NCBI RefSeq assembly: GCF_018977255.1
Contig: NW_024704771.1
Coordinates: 3,844,001-3,908,000 of the forward strand
Length of the DNA stretch: 64,000 bases
Source of the DNA: Callorhinchus milii
Lineage: Eukaryota
Direction of reading: 5' to 3'
A program made the position numbers and the translations under genes. The number at the start of each line of letters is the position of its first letter. The stretch's first letter is position 1. Positions 23,434 through 43,592 of the stretch are shown in pieces. Below the pieces are notes generated by a model. That model was not told the DNA's origin and did not search any database. It saw only the letters and a list, made by a program, of their open reading frames with translations.

Positions 23434-26400
23434 ATGAGGGAGATGGTGCCCACGGCTTCAGGTAATGGACGGATGTGGTGAGGTTGTGAGATATGTTTGT
23501 GGGTTCTCGTCAGTTTGTGTAGTGTTGGTCTGTATTCAGCCACTCAGTCACTCTCACCCTGAACATCATTCAACCCTTCCCGAACCAGGCGGGTCTGCAG
23601 TATTCCAGGGTACGCTACTGATGACAGCACAGCCGAGCCTGGCTCATCGGGGGGGGGTCCCGCACGTACACAGCCCCCTCCCCCACACAACGCGGCCCAC
23701 CCCCCCCCCCCCTCCCTCCCTCCCCCACACCCGGCGCTGTTGCGCGGACACGATGGGGCCGAACGGCCTCCTTCCGCGCTGCGGGTCCTCCGATGCTCCC
23801 GATTCAACGAAAAAAAGCGAACCGCGTCGCGTTTCCCGGTGCAACGGCGGCGGCGAACGCCGCCTTTCGGAGTACTTTACCGGACGCGCGCGACGAGCTC
23901 CAAACTGGGACGGAAAGAGTAAAATCGTTCCCCTGTTGTGCGGTCATTGACAATTCGGTCAAAGAAGCCGCAATGAGCTTCAAATAAATGGACAGTGTCT
24001 ATTGAGGGGGAAACAGATGACTTTTTTTCTTTGAGCTCTAATACAGACCATTGATCGTCGCTGTTCGTCAGCGCTCGACAGCGCCGCGTTGCAGCGTTTA
24101 CCCAAGAAAAAAAAGAAGCATTGAAGCAATGAACAGTCAGTTCACTTTACAGTGTGTTCTGTGAAGCGCTTTGGGACGTCCTCCCGACGTGAAAAGCGCT
24201 ATATCAAATGCGAGGATTATTATTATTATTATTATCCCCCCCCCCCACACACACACTGGAAACGCTCACACTGAACACCATTCAACCCATCTAGTCTGGT
24301 TCCTGAGCCAGGCAGGTCTGCAACACAACAACAAGATCACGCGTGTGAAGCGCCCTTCACGTCGGGAGGACGTCCCAAGGTGCTGGACAGGCAGAGGTTC
24401 GGATCTGAGCTGGGGGTTTGGGATTGGGGAGAGGGGTGGGCAGGGCGATCGAAAGCGGTCGAAGAGAAGGACCTTGAGATGGATCTAGAAAGAGGCAAGG
24501 GAGAGGGTGAGGCCGAGTGATGCAGTTCCACAGGGTGGGGACAGAATAGCAGAAGGCCAACGGTGGGGCAGGCGAGGCCGGGGCATGTGAAGCAGGCTGG
24601 AGCCCGCTGAGCGGAGGGAACGGGTAAGATGGTAGGGGATTGTCGCAGAGCTAGGAGGAGGAAGACCATGGAGGACCAGGATCTTGAACTGTATCCTATG
24701 TGTGATGGGAAGGAATATTCCAGGGCTCATTAGCAAATTCCGGAATGGCGGGGAGTCATCCCACTCAGCTGCTGTTAACCCTGCAAAGCCCTCACGTGAC
24801 GGGGCTTGGCCAGACCGCTTGTGTCTGCCAGCATCCTGCTTGCGTGTCTGTTTTTTTTTCATTGATTGTGAGGCGAGTGCTCTCACCAATACTCTACAGG
24901 ACTTGTGGAGCTCTGTACCTCAGTGGGTACAGCACTCGCCTCACAAGCAAGAGGACCTGGGTTTGGTTCCTGGGCAAGGATGAAACGTTGGGCAAGTTTC
25001 CTGACTCCACAATCCTGTTTACCTCACAGTAAGTAGGAACTGGTTGTTAGTTGATTGGCGGATCGCATTCGGGGTAATAATCTCTTCAAAACAAATCTAA
25101 TAATTGATCGCCAAATCCACGACTGCTGTGCTTACAGTATTCGGTACTGCATTTTCCCTAAACAATATACATATTCTGTGGATGCGGTATATTCTGTGAA
25201 GCGCTTTGAGACGTCTCAATTACATCTATCTCAAGTGCAAGGATTATTAAGTTTTGACGCTGATTTTATTCCGCATGGATTCTCACTGTGTTTTATTCCC
25301 CTGTTTTGCCTTCAGTGCTTCTTCTTCCACTGTGCGCAGTATTAACTCTGCCCTCTCCCAGCGCCATCGCAAATGTCTTCATCGGAGCAGACTTCTGTTT
25401 TCCTGTCAACCGTACTATCGAACAGCAACATGAAGTTGTCCTGGAAATGAAGTCTCCAATTAACCTCAAAATAATGGTTTGGGACTCAAAACAACCGTAC
25501 AGGCCAGATATTCACCCGAGTTACAGGGGTAGAGTTCTTTGCCTCAAGCGTGGTGGTGTGCTGGTGAGCAATGTATCTCTCGATGACAGTGGGATATATG
25601 AGATCATCATTAGAGACTTTCTGAGAAGCAACGAGAGCCACTTGGTTGATCTGCGTGTGTTTGGTGAGTATATTGTGACTGGACTGTGCAGTACATTAAA
25701 AACAGGAGGAGGCCATTCAGTCCCTCGAGCCTGTTCCGCTATCCTTTTAGATCATGGCTGATCTAAACTCCGACGACCCACCCTTACCCCATATTCCTTG
25801 ATAACCTGACCTAACAAAAGTCTATCCACCTCAGCCTTGAAACAGCCCTAATCCTCAGCCTTTTTGGGGAGAGAGTTCCAGATTCCACCATACTTTGTGT
25901 GAAAAAGTGTCTCCTGATTTAATTTAGTTTAATAGCCTCACTCTAATTTTGGGTGTGGAGAGTACGAGGGTCATCAAGGGTAAGGTCAAGGAGGAGGTTC
26001 TTGAAATGGACTTGAAGGAGGTGATGGAAAGGGCGACGTGGAGGGATGGTGGGTCAATGGGTAGGGGAAGAGAGGCGGAAGGCCTAACCACCAATGGCGA
26101 GCCTTTAGCCTCTCTGCATACTCCCTCCCCCACTCCCCGCACCAACAGCGCAGTGAGTCTCTCCCTCTTTCATTGACTCGCTCTACCTCCCAAACACTGA
26201 ACCACCTTGTGGGACGATCGCCAGAATAATGAGTCTTCCTGTCTTTAAAACCTTGTGTTTCAGACCCTGTCTCCCAGCCGATGGTGAAGATGGCCGGTGA
26301 CTGCTCAGCCAACGTCAGTCTGAGCTGCTCTGCCTCCAAAGGAACAAACGCCACCATTTATTGGAGGAAGAGGTTGGAGCCTAACATCACGTACAATGGG

Positions 26401-27829
26401 TCTGTGCTGCTGCTGAACCGTGGCAGAGGGGGGCAGGCAGCTGAGTACGAATGTGTAGCAGAGAACCCGATCAGTCAGGAGATCAGTCGCCCACAACAGC
26501 CTTGTCAAGAGAATCCAGATCGAGGTGAGAGATCCGTCAACATTACACACTGAATTACAGAGAGGTTCTGTTAGAACGCACCTCACTACAGCGTGAATTT
26601 GCTTCACGTTATTCCAGGCTGTCTACCATCAGGTCATGATCAACATCACTGGCTCCCCGTCCCCCAGAGGATAGAGTTCAAAATCCTCGTCTCGCCTTCG
26701 AAGCCCTCCACGGTCTTGCTCTTCCCTCCCTCTCTGACCTGCCGACCCCATTTAGACCTGTCCGCTCCCTCCGTGTCCCCCACCATCAGCTACCAGGCCT
26801 CCACCCTCTCCAACCCCACCCTTTGGAACTCCATCCCACAGTCCCTTCACCAAACCACCCTCCTTGGCTCTTTCAAGGTCCATCTCAAGATGTTCCTCTT
26901 CGACTGCACCTCCTACCGCTGCCCTCCACCCCTCCTGATCCCAACCCCCAGCTCGGGTCCAAATCCTTGGAAACTTTGCTTAAGGTTTCGATTGATCCGG
27001 GAATCGAATCCGGGTCCTCTTGCTTGCGAGGCGAGTGCTCTAACTACTACGCTGCAGGACTCCCATTTCTGACAAATCATTTCTTTTTGCGGCTCCTGGT
27101 TTACAACAATAATCGCTGCCTTTTCTTTCCCCTCAGATCGCATATGGTTGATTCTTCCTGTGATTGTAGTCGCGGTGCTGGTCATTATCTGTTGCTGTTA
27201 CCAGAAATGGTGGTAAGTTTCCTCAGAATAACATGGGTGCAGGGAACAGTGTCTTAGAGAGAGGAAAGTCACCCCACCCTCCTGAGACCTACGTGCCAGA
27301 GAATTAACAACAACTTCTGTATATAAAGCTCTTTCACGTTGGGCTGGGTCTCGGAGCGCTTAATAGTGGGGGAGCCTGACACCGAGCCGGGGGGAGGGAG
27401 GAGGTGACCGTAAGCACGGTCGATGAGAAAGGTCTTCAGTCGTGATCTCAAAGAGTGGATGGAGGGATTGGGGGTGAGAGTTCTGAAGCTTCGGGGCGTA
27501 GTGTCTGAAAGTGCGGCCGCCGTTAGTGGAGTGGAGGGCACGAGGGATGAGCAGGAGGCAGCAGGTTGCAGAGGGGGGAGAAAGGAGGCCAGAGAGGTTG
27601 GGAGGCGCCAGAGCATGAGGGGATTTGCAGACGAGTGACATAAATTGTAGACACTAGAATTCATTCTGTTGTGTTAGTTTCGCCGGTTGGGAGATTTTAA
27701 CTCCTGACTCTTTTTTTATAAACTAGGAAAACAACATTAAGAACAACTTGGAGTTCAATAGCGGCCTTCACACAGGGAAGCGACCCAGACAGCCCGGTGA
27801 AGGATGGAATCCTCCCCTCTGGCGCGTAG
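23434..27829 (+). CDS. CD2/SLAM-family Ig receptor (V-C2-TM-short tail), 271 aa
   Basis: Exons 23434-23461 (MREMVPTAS), 25316-25663 (rest of leader + V domain lacking the F-strand Cys, YRGRV..DDSGIYEI..LRVF), 26264-26524 (C2: DPVSQP..DC..LSC..IYW..YECVAENPIS..PC, four Cys), 27137-27212 (TM, IICCCYQKW), 27727-27829 (tail, TAG). Sum is 816 nt = 272 codons. The leader and last exon are less certain than the Ig/TM exons. Confidence 0.8.
23729..24132 (+). repeat. Unclassified CpG-rich element of about 400 bp, copy A
   Basis: Reverse complement of 31344-31738 with few substitutions and one 10-nt indel. Confidence 0.85.
24325..24700 (-). mobile_element. L2-derived 3' fragment (variant subfamily)
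   Basis: L2 tail hairpin on the - strand; near-identical to 28857-29145. Confidence 0.7.
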
Positions 27830-28250
27830 CTGTCATGGACGGTTGGACACAAAAGCACTTTACTGATCCCGATGCACAACATCAGAGAAATGACAGGACA
27901 GGACGGGAAGCCATTCACACAACACTAGAGCCACTCTGCCAATGCCACTAATCATTCCGGTGCTTTGTTACATTTACGTTCAGATGATGGTCATCCTTCA
28001 TCCTTCTAGATTTGTCTCCTCCATCACACAGCATCAAATTTCCAGTAAGATTGACCTCTTTGTGCTGCTTCAGCTTCAGGCATTATTATTAATAATTATT
28101 ATTATTATTAATTATTATTATTATTAATTTATTAATTATTAATTACCCTGTGAAGCACTTTGAGCCGTCTCAACAATGTGATAACACACCGTGTCAAATG
28201 CAAGGATTATTATTTTTGTGAAGCTATTTTCTGACCATTCTTGCAGTGTA

Positions 28251-28256
28251 AATAAA
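28251..28256 (+). terminator. Candidate poly(A) signal of the CD2/SLAM-like gene (a second follows about 18 nt later)
   Basis: AATAAA about 420 nt after the stop codon. Confidence 0.4.
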
Positions 28257-28584
28257 CAGTATTTATCAATAAATATTTATTTCCGTTTAAAAAAAAAAGA
28301 GAAACCTGTGAATTTTCCTTACCCTTCTCTAACCCTGTGGAGACAACAGTGAACAGTTCCGCCGTCTGCTGGTATCTGCTACTGCGGTTACACAGTCGTC
28401 GTGTCTGCAATTATTCTCAGCCTGAGGGAGAGCCGTGACATGAACTGGCTCCAAGGTGACATGTTTGGCCCCGGAATGTGGGAATCGAGCCGGCCCTCTG
28501 GCAGGAGCCGAGGCTCGGGGCCCCCAGAGTGTGTGTTGGGGCAACTGCTGGAGCTTAACAATAACAACACGATTACATGTGCAC

Positions 28585-29145
28585 GGCCTGCTTCGCGTTC
28601 CCCGCCTCGCTCGTCCCGCTATCAGCGGGCAGACCTTCCGCCACTCTGCCCTACCCTCTGGAATTCCATCCCGCAGTCCCTCCGCCTCGCCCCCCTTCGA
28701 GACCCATCTCAAGACCCTCCTCTTCAACTGTGCTTTCAATCTCCCTGCTTCCCCTCCCTGCCCTCCATCCTCCCCGACCCCCAGCTCTGTCCAGCAGCTT
28801 GGGACGTCCTCCCGACGTGAAAGGCGCTTTACACATATCATTTTGTTCTTGTTGCAAAGCGCCCTTCACGTCTGGAGGACGTCCCAAGGTGCTGGACAGA
28901 CAGAGTTTCGGATCTGAGCTGGGGGTTTGGGATTGGGGAGAGGGGTGGGCAGGGCGATCGAAAGCGGTCGAAGAGCAGGACCTTGAGATGGATCTAGAAA
29001 GAGGCAAGGGAGAGGGTGAGGCCGAGTGATGCAGTTCCAGAGGGTGGGGACAGAATAGCAGAAGGCCAATGGTGGGGCAGGCGAGGCCGGGGCATGTGAA
29101 GCAGGCTGGAGCCCGCTGAGCGGAGGGAACGGGTAACATGGTAAT
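28585..29145. mobile_element. Two L2 3' fragments in tail-to-tail (inverted) arrangement
   Basis: + copy ends at about 28850 and the - copy begins at about 28855. Confidence 0.7.
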
Positions 29146-29754
29146 TCTGGTGCTTTGTTATGTTTACACCCCTCGTTCAGATGCAGCCCATCCTTCCTCC
29201 TTCTAAACCTCCCACAGAAACAAGTAAAATTTTGGCCATGAGGGATTTGTAGATAAAACTGTAGACACTGGAATTAATTCTACTGTGTTAGCCTCACCCG
29301 TTGGGGAACGCGATTACACAAGGAGATTTTAACTCTGACTTTTTTTATAAATCAAGGAAATAAATGACAACAAGAACAACTCCAGTTCTATAGCGGTCTC
29401 TCCCAGGGTATCAACCCAGACAGCTCGGAGAAGGATGGAACCCCCTCCCCTTTTTAGTGTAAATAAATTAGTTTTTATTAATAGACATTTCTTCTGTTGC
29501 AATTATTCTCAACCCGAGGGAAAGCTGTGACACATGAACTGGCTCCAAGGTGACATGTTTGGTCCCGGGAATCGAGCCGGCCGTCTGGTAAGAGCCAAGG
29601 CTCGGGGGCCCCACAGCGAATTCAGCGAATTGAATAAGCAATTCGCTGCTTATTATTATTGTTGTTGTAATTATTGTCAATTGCTGACAATCATTACAGA
29701 CACACGATGGGTTTAAATGCCATTCACATCCAAACAGATTAAAAACAATTGCAA

Positions 29755-29830
29755 TTGCGCGCAGTACCAGTAGACGGCGCTGTAACCCTCGGCCGCTATA
29801 ATGGTGGAGCAACGCCGCCATCTGGTGGCC
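29755..29830. promoter_or_regulatory. Two closely spaced, oppositely oriented CTCF-like motifs
   Basis: + strand CCAGTAGACGGCGC (29767-29780; one mismatch to CCASYAGRKGGCRS). - strand GGCCACCAGATGGCGGCG (29813-29830; matches the core consensus). Confidence 0.55.
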
Positions 29831-30791
29831 GCTCGCGGTACTACAGCTAAAAAAAAAATTATTCACTGGTTCCCCACAGTGTTGGGTGGAGTTGAATATA
29901 TTTAATCTTTCCTTTTTTTTTACATAACCAGAGAGTGAGTGGCAATGATAATGCAATCATTCGATTTGATTTGTGAGTGTACAACTCGTTCCATGTCCAT
30001 AAAAATGATCATAAAAATGGGACGTCCTCCCGACGTGAAAAGCGCTATATCAAATGCAAGGATTATTATTATTATTATCTTAAAGGCCTTCAGAGACAAA
30101 CGGAATCAGATCCAAAGCACAAGGCAGAGTGTCTCCTTCCAAAATGGGAAGGATGAGCAAACAACAACTTCAACGACAGCAGCAACAGCAACGGAATGCG
30201 TTTATATACAGCGCCTTTCACACCGGCCAACAAACCGTCTCCTAGAAAGTTAACTTCCACCTTCGCAACTTTCATTGTCAGCACTTCGGTTCGGAACTTG
30301 GAAGTCTATGTGTGTTGATATTTCTCACGTTCTTCTCTTGTTCCCTCCCTGGACTTTTGGAAATGACGAGAGCCCCAAGTTGCAAGATTTCTGAACAGAT
30401 TTCTTTTTCCAGAAATATCTAATTATCCCGTTTCTGAAGCCGGGAGCACATTCGGTGTCGTAAAGGTTCGATAATTACAGTATGCGTTTGAAGAAATCCG
30501 TGAAGCAACATTGGTTAATTGGGGCCCAAATTTCTGTGGAAGTAGAACCTCCGAGAGCTCAGTTGACCATCGATGGCCTGGATTCTCACACAGACATCTG
30601 AACTGATCCGAAGTGCACAAATTTGGAAACGGCTAAAGAGCCGCGTTACTATGGATTACTACAGTCGGGGAGCGGCGGCAGGACAGCGCGGGGAGGACCT
30701 GGGCCGACTGACCCAGGTACTTAAACTCGACGCCGGAGCGAGATCAGCTCGGGGGGGGGGGGGGCGGTGTGGGGGCGGAGCGGAGGGAACT

Positions 30792-31158
30792 GCCTCCTCC
30801 CTCTCCTCCTTCAAGGCCGGTCTCAAAACCTTTCTCTTTGACCGCACCGAGCCTTCAGCTCCCCTCTCGACTCTCTTCCTCCCCCTCGCTCCCTCCCTTC
30901 CCTCCCCTCACCCTGACCATTTCCCCCCTCCTCGCTCCCTCCCTTCCCTCCCTCACCCTGACCATTTCCCCCTCCTCGCCCCCTCCCTTCCCTCCCCTCA
31001 CCCTGACCACTTCCCCCCTCCTCGCTCCCTCTCTTCCCTCCCCTCACCCTGACCATTTCCCCCCTGTTCGGGTCATGACCCAACTGTGCAGCGCCTCGGG
31101 ACGTCCTCCTGACGTGAAAGGCGCTTTATAAATGGAATCTTGTTGTTGTTGTTGTTGT
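30792..31158 (+). mobile_element. L2 3' end
   Basis: SSFKAGLKTFLFDR motif, CCCTCACCCTGACC repeats, tail and (TTG)n. Confidence 0.75.
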
Positions 31159-31343
31159 TCAATGCCACCACGTGAATCGCCCGTTGGCCGATTGCGGTAT
31201 TACAACCAAAGGTGAAGTTATATTAATTTGTTTCCCCCCATCGTCCCGTTGAGACGGAACCAATATATTTAAGATAATATTTAATTACAGCGTAATCTCT
31301 CCCCTTGAACTGGACACCTAATGCCTGAAACGCTCGTCCACGT

Positions 31344-31738
31344 TTCATTGCTTCAATGCTTCTTTTTTTTGGGGGGTAAACGCCGCAACGCGGCGCTGTC
31401 GAACAGCGACGATCAATGGTCTGTATTAGAGCTCAAAGAAAAAAAGTCATCTGTTTCCCCCTCAATAGACACTGTCTATTTATTTGAAGCTCATTGCGGC
31501 TTCTTTGACGGAACAGTCAATGACCGCACAACAGGGGAACGATTTTACTCTTTCCGTCCCAGTTTGGAGCTCGTCGCGCGCGTCCGGGAAAGTACTCCGA
31601 AAGGCGGCGTCCGCCGCCGCCGTTGCACCGGGAAACGCGACGCGGTTCGCGTTTTTTCGTCGAATCGGGAGCATCGGAGGACCCGCGGCGCGGAAGGAGG
31701 CCCTTCGGCCCCATCGTGTCCGCGCAACAGCGCCGGGT
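31344..31738 (-). repeat. Unclassified CpG-rich element of about 400 bp, copy B
   Basis: See copy A. Confidence 0.85.
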
Positions 31739-32488
31739 CGAAGAGAGAAAAAAGTTATCGACAGGAATAACACGCGGCAGGAATTGGGGCAGAGTGCTGC
31801 TGCTCGGAAAGCCAGGAGACGGTTCACCGGGGATGAAGTTACTGGGAATGAAGGGATGACACGAGACTTGCTAAGGCTCTCAACGTGACGAGCGAAAGTA
31901 GTCGGAGTTCTGAACCCGTCCTCCTACTGCTGCGCTGTTTCAGCTTCCACGCTCTACCCTCTCCCACCCCCGAGGACATAAGGCTCAGAGACACATACAA
32001 ACTAGAGTCCCCCCCACCCCACACCCCCTCCGACACACAAACATAACACACACAGAACCTCTCGAAGGGCTTCAAACACGACCCGAGTCCTCTCGCCTGC
32101 GAGGCGAGCGCTCTGTGCTGCGCTGCGGATAATTTAACAAACTTTTTATCGTAATTCTGGAACTCCCTTCCTCTCTCCTTCCCCATTTCCAGGTCGCGTC
32201 TGATAACCTTCCTCTTCGACTGCTTATGGTCACATCCCCCCTTTCCCCGGCACCGAGCCGTGCTCCGCCACTGACAAGCGCTCCGAGACGCTGTCCTGCG
32301 TGAGGGACGCCATATAGGGACGTTTCGCCCACAATATACAGTCAATTCACGTTACAGTATATTCTGTGAAGTGCTTTGAGATGTCGAGAAGACGTGATAA
32401 GGCGCTGTATCAAATGCAAAGATTTTTATTGTTATTATAAAGACAAGTTGTTGTTGGGATAACAAAACATGTACACACATATCTCCCC

Positions 32489-32616
32489 NNNNNNNNNNNN
32501 NNNNNNNNNNNNNNNNNNNNNNNNNNNNNNNNNNNNNNNNNNNNNNNNNNNNNNNNNNNNNNNNNNNNNNNNNNNNNNNNNNNNNNNNNNNNNNNNNNNN
32601 NNNNNNNNNNNNNNNN
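32489..32616. other. Assembly gap (N run)
   Basis: Ns at the position where copies 2 and 3 have a (CA)-rich tract. Confidence 0.99.
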
Positions 32617-32642
32617 CAGCTGAGCTTTTACCAAATGTGTCA

Positions 32643-32648
32643 TTTATT
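32643..32648 (-). terminator. Polyadenylation signal of CYP2 copy 1 (equivalents at 44513-44518 and 56521-56526)
   Basis: AATAAA on the - strand about 270 nt after the stop, at the same position in all three copies. Confidence 0.6.
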
Positions 32649-32919
32649 AAGTTGTCCGTTCAACAAAAAATTAGTTCAAATCAGAACAAAGTACAAATTA
32701 CACAGTCACTACACTTTACATTATTTCCTGTGAAGCACTTTGAGACGTTTCAAGGATGTGACAAGACTCTGTACCAAATGTAAGGCTTATTATTATTGTT
32801 GTATCAGATACACGGATTTCTATTGTTATTATTAATTGTCCCTGTGTGTGTGTTTGGTCTCCGAGACGCCACTCGCACGTGAAGGGGGATACAGTTCTGG
32901 TTGTTGTTTGTCTCAACTC

Positions 32920-42281
<9,362 letters not shown>

Positions 42282-42416
42282 GGTGGGCGAGCAGGGAATG
42301 GGAGCTCAACTCAGCCCGACAGCATCTACCCTCACTCCCTCGCTCTCTCTATCCCTCCTCCCTTCCTCTCTCGCTCTATCCCTCCTCCCTCTCTCTCTGT
42401 CCCTCCTCACTTCCAC

Positions 42417-42422
42417 TTATAA
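42417..42422 (-). promoter_or_regulatory. TATA-like box of CYP2 copy 1 (same in copy 2 at 54427-54432)
   Basis: TTATAA about 135 nt upstream of the ATG, next to a CATGTG E-box. Confidence 0.4.
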
Positions 42423-43029
42423 GGACACAATCACATGACAACATTCACTCCCTCTGCCCTTGACACACACCGCCAAACAGCTAACGCAGCATTTCTAAAG
42501 CCGGGAGGGTCCGATGGCAAAGACAATTGACAAAATACAACTTGTAATCGCACAGTGCCGTTCAGACAGAGCAATAATTATTATGTAATAAATGCAAGGA
42601 TTATTATTATCATTATTATTACGGTTGTGTTCTCAAGTAGGGCACCAAACAGTGACCTGATATTCCCTTTTGTGCAATAGAATTTACAGCATTTGTCTCA
42701 GATTTCGCCTCTGGCACGCAAGACTGAACTGCGATGATTTACAAGTCGGTCATGTATTATAATAGCCTCTCACCTAATTACATGTGGTAAGGCAAGTGGT
42801 CAAATGACGCAGCTACGGGACTCCACTGTAAAGTGTTCTGATGGTGTTTTGTAGGTGAGAGTGCAACCTTCTACCTTTATGGCTTTCTCGAAACTTTGAC
42901 CGACATTTGAGAGCTTGAGTGTACAGTTATTTGCTGTGCCCATAATAATGCAATCAATAAAGATGTGCGTGGAAGTGGTTGACCTGTGAATGAATTATGG
43001 GCACAGTTTTGAGACGTCTCACCGACAGG

Positions 43030-43592
43030 ATGAGTCTCCTCGCCGGCCTTCCCGGCACCTCCCTCCACAAGCTGCAGGTCATTCAGAACTCTGCAGCTCG
43101 TGTACTGTCCCGCACCAGGCTTCGGGACCACATCACTCCCACCCTCGCTCGCCTCCACTGGCTCCCCATCCCCCAGAGGGTCGAATTCAAGATCCTCATC
43201 CTCACCTACAAGGCCATTCACGGCCTCGCTCCCTCCTACCTCTCCGACCTACTATCGGCCCACATACCCGCCCATACCCTCCGTTCCTCCGGCTCCGGTC
43301 TGCTCCACATCCCCCGCCCCAACCGCCCTACCATCGGTGGCCGGGCCTTCAGCCTCTCAGCCCCGAGGCTCTGGAATTCCATCCCCCAGTGCCTTCGTCG
43401 CTTCCTCCATTTCCTCCTTCAAAACCAGTCTCAAGACCTTCCTCTTCGACCGTGCCTTCAGCTCCCCTCTCGACTCTCTACCCCCTCCTCGCTCCCTCCC
43501 TTCCCTCCCCTCACCCTGACCCTTCTCAGGTCCTGACCCAAACGTCCCGACGTGAAAGGCACTCTATAAATATAATGTTGTTGTTGTTGAAG
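43030..43592 (+). mobile_element. L2 3' fragment upstream of CYP2 copy 1 (duplicate at 55040-55602)
   Basis: [30 protein letters not shown]..; same context in both units. Confidence 0.85.

Noticed and set aside
25316-26524. CEACAM call for the Ig gene
   Set aside because: The V domain lacking the canonical disulfide fits both families, but the four-Cys C2 domain ending NPIS..PC is the CD2/SLAM pattern.
31321-31770. 149-aa ORF across the CpG-rich element as a protein
   Set aside because: The other copy has an in-frame TAA and a 10-nt insertion in this frame; no recognisable domain.
31770-31859. RVLLLGKPGDGSPG as a P-loop NTPase/GIMAP remnant
   Set aside because: Lacks GK[S/T], ends within 10 codons, and has no supporting downstream motifs.
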